Assembly (NCBI RefSeq): GCF_018385415.1
Contig: NZ_JAHAZA010000070.1
Source: Treponema sp.
GTDB lineage: Bacteria > Spirochaetota > Spirochaetia > Treponematales > Treponemataceae
DNA: 64,000 nt
Strand: one strand, 5' to 3'
Within the stretch, counting starts at the first letter, position 1, and each line of letters opens with the position of its first letter. The notes under the pieces were generated by a model, which was given only the letters and a program-made list of their open reading frames with translations, ran no database searches and was not told the origin of the DNA. Below are positions 60,340 through 64,000 of this stretch, one piece after another. The position numbers and the translations under genes were made by a program.

Positions 60340-60867
60340 ATGAAGAGTTTGAAAAAAGCCCTTGTTGTTTTCAGTTTGATGGTATGTGCAATGGCAGCTA
60401 TGAATGCCCAGCAGCACATTACAAACTTTGGAATTGTAAATACAGAAAAAGTTTACAATCATTTTTACAGAAATTCAGCAGCAATCAAAACTTATGAAAA
60501 GAAAAAGGCTGATATGCAGGCTGAAATTAACAAAAAAACAAAGGAACTTAAAGATTTAAAAGCTAGTAAAGATCAGTTCGATAAAATTGGTGATACAGAA
60601 GCTGCAAACAAACTTGCAATTGAAATTAAAGAAAAAACTGAATATTTAAGAGATTACACAACAACAAAAAATCTTGAACTTCAGAATTTAAAAAAATCAC
60701 TTTCAGAATCTAATGAGTTCTACGTAAAACTTTCTAAGACTATTAAAAGAGTTGCAGAAAATGAAGGCTTAAGTATGGTATTAAGTCTTCAGGGTGAAAA
60801 TGCTATTCTCTGGTACAGTCAGACTGTAGATATTACTGACAAAGTAATTAAAGAAATGGAAAAATAA
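60340..60867 (+). CDS. skp: Periplasmic chaperone Skp/OmpH
   Basis: Signal peptide, FGIVN, long coiled coil, VDITDKVI; follows bamA. Confidence 0.88.
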   Translation: MKSLKKALVVFSLMVCAMAAMNAQQHITNFGIVNTEKVYNHFYRNSAAIKTYEKKKADMQAEINKKTKELKDLKASKDQFDKIGDTEAANKLAIEIKEKTEYLRDYTTTKNLELQNLKKSLSESNEFYVKLSKTIKRVAENEGLSMVLSLQGENAILWYSQTVDITDKVIKEMEK

Positions 60868-60873
60868 ACTAAA

Positions 60874-63483
60874 ATGGCGGAACCAGTAAAACTGACTCCT
60901 TTAATGGAGCAATATATTAACATAAAAAAACAACATCCAGATGAAGTTGTCTTTTTCAGATTGGGTGATTTTTATGAAATGTTCTTTGAAGATGCAGTGA
61001 TGGTTTCGCGTCTTTTAAATCTTACGCTTACACATAGGGCAGATAGTCCTATGTGTGGTGTTCCTTATCATGCTTCAAAAGTTTATATAGCACGTCTTTT
61101 ACGCTTTGGAAAAAAAATTGCAATCTGTGAGCAGGTCGGAGAAATTGCTCCTGCAGGCGGATTAACAGAACGTAAGGTTATTGAAATAATTACCCCTGGA
61201 ACAGCTGTTGAAACAGAATATCTTGAACAAGGTGTAAATAATTTTCTGGCCTGTTTAAATGTATATCATGGAAAAGCAGGATTTGCTTATATTGATGTTA
61301 CAACATCTGAGTTTAAAGCTACAAGCTGGAATGCATCCTTAATGCAGGAATATTTTGCAAAGGAGCTTGGACGCTGTAATCCAAAAGAATTGCTTCTTCC
61401 TTTATCGTTAAAAGAAAATTCCGTTATAAAAAATACACTGGAACAAAATCCATCTATATCAGTTTCTTATTATCCTGACTGGCATTTTAATGCAGAAAGT
61501 TCGTTTAAAAAACTTACTGAACAGTTTAAGACTGCAAATCTTAATTCTTTCGGATTAACTGATCAATCACCAGAAATTCTTCCTGCAGGCTTTCTTCTTG
61601 AATATCTTGAGAAGACAACGAATACCCAAGTTCCTCATGTAAAAGGAATTTCTGTTTACCATGATTCCGAATATGTAATCATTGATGAATCAAGCAGACG
61701 CAATCTTGAAATAATCTACAATCTTCGCGATGGTACAACACAATTTTCACTTTTGGATTGTATGAATTATACATTAACGGCAATGGGAAATCGTCTTATA
61801 AGAAGCTGGCTTTTATCTCCATTGTGTGATGTAAAAAAAATTCAAAAACGTCAAAATCATGTTCAGCTTCTTTTTAAAGATAATGAGCTTTTAAAAGAAC
61901 TTCGAGAATATCTGGCACCTGTTCTTGATATTGAAAGACTTGCAGGTAGAATCGCAATGGAAAAAGCCCATGCAAAAGATTTACAGGCTTTGAGGTGCAG
62001 TATAGATTCATGGCTTAAGGTTCGCGAAAGTTTAAAAGATAAGGATCTTGTTTCTTTACCTTTGGATGATGCAAAATATATTTCTGATTTAATATTACAG
62101 TCAATACATGAAGATCCTGCAACATCGCTTACAGAAGGAAGAATAATTAAAAGGGGTTGGTCACAGGAACTTGATCATTATTATGATATCCAGTCTAATT
62201 TCAATCAGATTCTTGATGAGTACCTTGAAGAAGAAAAAGTTAAAACAGGAATTCAAAATTTAAAAATTAAACATAATTCTGCTTCAGGTTATGTTCTTGA
62301 AGTCACAAAAGGAAAACTTGGAAGTGTTCCAGAACACTTTATAATGAGACGTTCACTGATGAATGCAGAACGTTATACAACCCAACGTCTTCAGGAACTT
62401 GAGCAGGAACTTAATAGTGCATCTTCAAAAATTATTGAAACTGAAAAGGCATTGTTCCTTGAGGTTAGAAATAAACTTTCTGAATATGTACCTTATTTGA
62501 TGGAATTAAGTCATGAAATTTCATATGTGGATGTAATCTGTTCATTTGCACATGCAGCTATAATTAATAGATGGGTAAAGCCTGAAGTAAATGATTCTTA
62601 TAAATTTAAAATTGAAGAAGGCCGTCATCCTGTCGTTGAAAAACATTTACCTTCAGGACAATTTGTTCCTAACTCAATTAATATAAGTGCAGAAGATGAT
62701 TCTGTTTCATTTGGTTTGATTACTGGTCCTAATATGGCAGGTAAATCTACTTACTTAAGACAAAGTGCATTAATTACTCTTATGGCACAAACTGGTTCCT
62801 ATATTCCTGCAAAAAGTGCAGTTATCGGTGTAGTAGATAAAATCTTCTGTCGTGTAGGTGCTTCGGATAACTTGGCGCGAGGAGAATCTACTTTCCTTGT
62901 TGAAATGACTGAAACAGCTCTTATTCTAAAATCGAGTACAAGACGTTCTCTTGTAATTATGGATGAAGTAGGTCGAGGAACTTCAACAGAAGATGGACTT
63001 TCTATTGCCTGGGCAGTAAGTGAATACCTTCTTAATTCAGTCCAATCAAGAACATTGTTTGCAACTCATTATCATGAATTGACACGAATAGAACATAAGA
63101 AACTTAAACTTTTATGTATGGATGTTAAAGAAACTGGTGGCGATATAATTTTCCTTAGAAAAATCAAAGAAGGTGCTGCTGAAAACTCTTATGGTATTCA
63201 TGTTGCTCAGCTTGCTGGTATACCAGAAAGTGTAATTGATCGCGCGAATGTTATACTTGAACAGATTCAGAATAAGGCTAAAGATAATCCAATTGTAATT
63301 GAAAGTAAAAAAACTGAAAAAATAATCAAGGTTGAAGAAGCTCCAAAGTTTACAGCTCCAGGATTGTTCAGTGATGAAGAAATTATTCTTGATGAAATTC
63401 TTTCATGTGATGTTGATAACATTACACCTATGAATGCAATGAATCTGATTTCTCGCTGGAAGAAAGCATTAAGCGGAAGATAA
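60874..63483 (+). CDS. mutS: DNA mismatch repair protein MutS
   Basis: TPLMEQY, FRLGDFYEMF, GPNMAGKST, STFLVEM, DEVGRGT, ATHYHEL. Confidence 0.96.
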   Translation: MAEPVKLTPLMEQYINIKKQHPDEVVFFRLGDFYEMFFEDAVMVSRLLNLTLTHRADSPMCGVPYHASKVYIARLLRFGKKIAICEQVGEIAPAGGLTERKVIEIITPGTAVETEYLEQGVNNFLACLNVYHGKAGFAYIDVTTSEFKATSWNASLMQEYFAKELGRCNPKELLLPLSLKENSVIKNTLEQNPSISVSYYPDWHFNAESSFKKLTEQFKTANLNSFGLTDQSPEILPAGFLLEYLEKTTNTQVPHVKGISVYHDSEYVIIDESSRRNLEIIYNLRDGTTQFSLLDCMNYTLTAMGNRLIRSWLLSPLCDVKKIQKRQNHVQLLFKDNELLKELREYLAPVLDIERLAGRIAMEKAHAKDLQALRCSIDSWLKVRESLKDKDLVSLPLDDAKYISDLILQSIHEDPATSLTEGRIIKRGWSQELDHYYDIQSNFNQILDEYLEEEKVKTGIQNLKIKHNSASGYVLEVTKGKLGSVPEHFIMRRSLMNAERYTTQRLQELEQELNSASSKIIETEKALFLEVRNKLSEYVPYLMELSHEISYVDVICSFAHAAIINRWVKPEVNDSYKFKIEEGRHPVVEKHLPSGQFVPNSINISAEDDSVSFGLITGPNMAGKSTYLRQSALITLMAQTGSYIPAKSAVIGVVDKIFCRVGASDNLARGESTFLVEMTETALILKSSTRRSLVIMDEVGRGTSTEDGLSIAWAVSEYLLNSVQSRTLFATHYHELTRIEHKKLKLLCMDVKETGGDIIFLRKIKEGAAENSYGIHVAQLAGIPESVIDRANVILEQIQNKAKDNPIVIESKKTEKIIKVEEAPKFTAPGLFSDEEIILDEILSCDVDNITPMNAMNLISRWKKALSGR

Positions 63484-63535
63484 AAATTTTATTTAAATAG
63501 TGCGTATTTTTTCTAATTAAAAGTATGTTATGTAT

Positions 63536-64000
63536 ATGAACATAATAATGCTTTTAGAGAATGTATATGTTTTTATTCAGAACCTTTTGTCATATATTAC
63601 TGGTGGAACAAAGTGTCTTTCCTGTGGGATAAAATGTCTTGCTTTACCATTATGCAAAAAATGCAAGTCTTTAATTTCAGATTTTAAAAGTTTTTCCATT
63701 GTAAACCGAAATCGATGTTCCGCTTGTGGTAAGATTTTGATATCAGAGATTTCTGTCTGCAATCAATGCAGGAATCTTGAAAAGCCGCGTATTGTAAAAG
63801 AATACTTTCCTTTACATTCGTACAGATTATGGAAAAAAGATCTGATGTATTACTGGAAAAGTAAAAATGTGAGAAGTCTATCGCTATTTTTTGCAAACCT
63901 GATTTATAAAGCATTAATTCATGTTCAAAAAGAAAGAAATCTGAGCTTTGATTGCATAGTTCCGGTACCACCAAGAAAAGGAAAAATTAAAAAAAAAGGA
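63536..64000 (+). CDS. comF: ComF-family protein (double Zn ribbon + PRTase), partial, runs off the window
   Basis: Hand translation from ATG 63536: CLSC, CKKC, CSAC, CNQC, then IVPVPPRKGKIKKKG; open to the window end, so absent from the ORF track. Confidence 0.82.
   Translation, partial: MNIIMLLENVYVFIQNLLSYITGGTKCLSCGIKCLALPLCKKCKSLISDFKSFSIVNRNRCSACGKILISEISVCNQCRNLEKPRIVKEYFPLHSYRLWKKDLMYYWKSKNVRSLSLFFANLIYKALIHVQKERNLSFDCIVPVPPRKGKIKKKG

Noticed and set aside
53411..63483. tamB-bamA-skp-mutS linkage and BamA lacking a terminal Phe
   Set aside because: This is the ordinary spirochete arrangement, not novel.
63577..63974. Two short minus-strand ORFs
   Set aside because: Antisense shadows of the partial comF on the plus strand.
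1..64000. CRISPR arrays, transposases, prophage or defence genes
   Set aside because: No regularly spaced repeats or mobile-element proteins seen; the content is housekeeping and envelope biogenesis.

Overview
This AT-rich window is core chromosome of a spirochete, most likely a Treponema. The gene orders lnt/galK-like/surE/TPR/NHL, prfB/ftsY/lolCDE, mcsA/mcsB/clpC and tamB/bamA/skp/mutS are typical treponemal arrangements. It holds about 45 CDS and two tRNAs (Met-CAT, Lys-TTT); I saw no mobile element, prophage or CRISPR array. Two loci stand out. (1) The anaerobic class III ribonucleotide reductase is split. The 704-aa NrdD stops after its Zn ribbon with a coiled-coil tail. The glycyl-radical loop (RIVGY) is on a separate 180-aa protein that starts with a matching coiled coil and ends in a CPNC redoxin domain. 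That gene has its own promoter and NrdR boxes and sits directly upstream of nrdG. (2) A 2054-aa ORF joins a complete DNA polymerase IV (DinB), through a signal-peptide-like hydrophobic segment, to a ~1650-aa predicted outer-membrane beta-barrel whose motif layout resembles the T9SS translocon SprA/Sov. Smaller observations are the programmed +1 frameshift in prfB, degenerate McsB and GalK-like enzymes, a lysine-centred cluster, candidate leaderless genes and several promoter palindromes. All homology calls come from reading motifs by eye; no database search was run.
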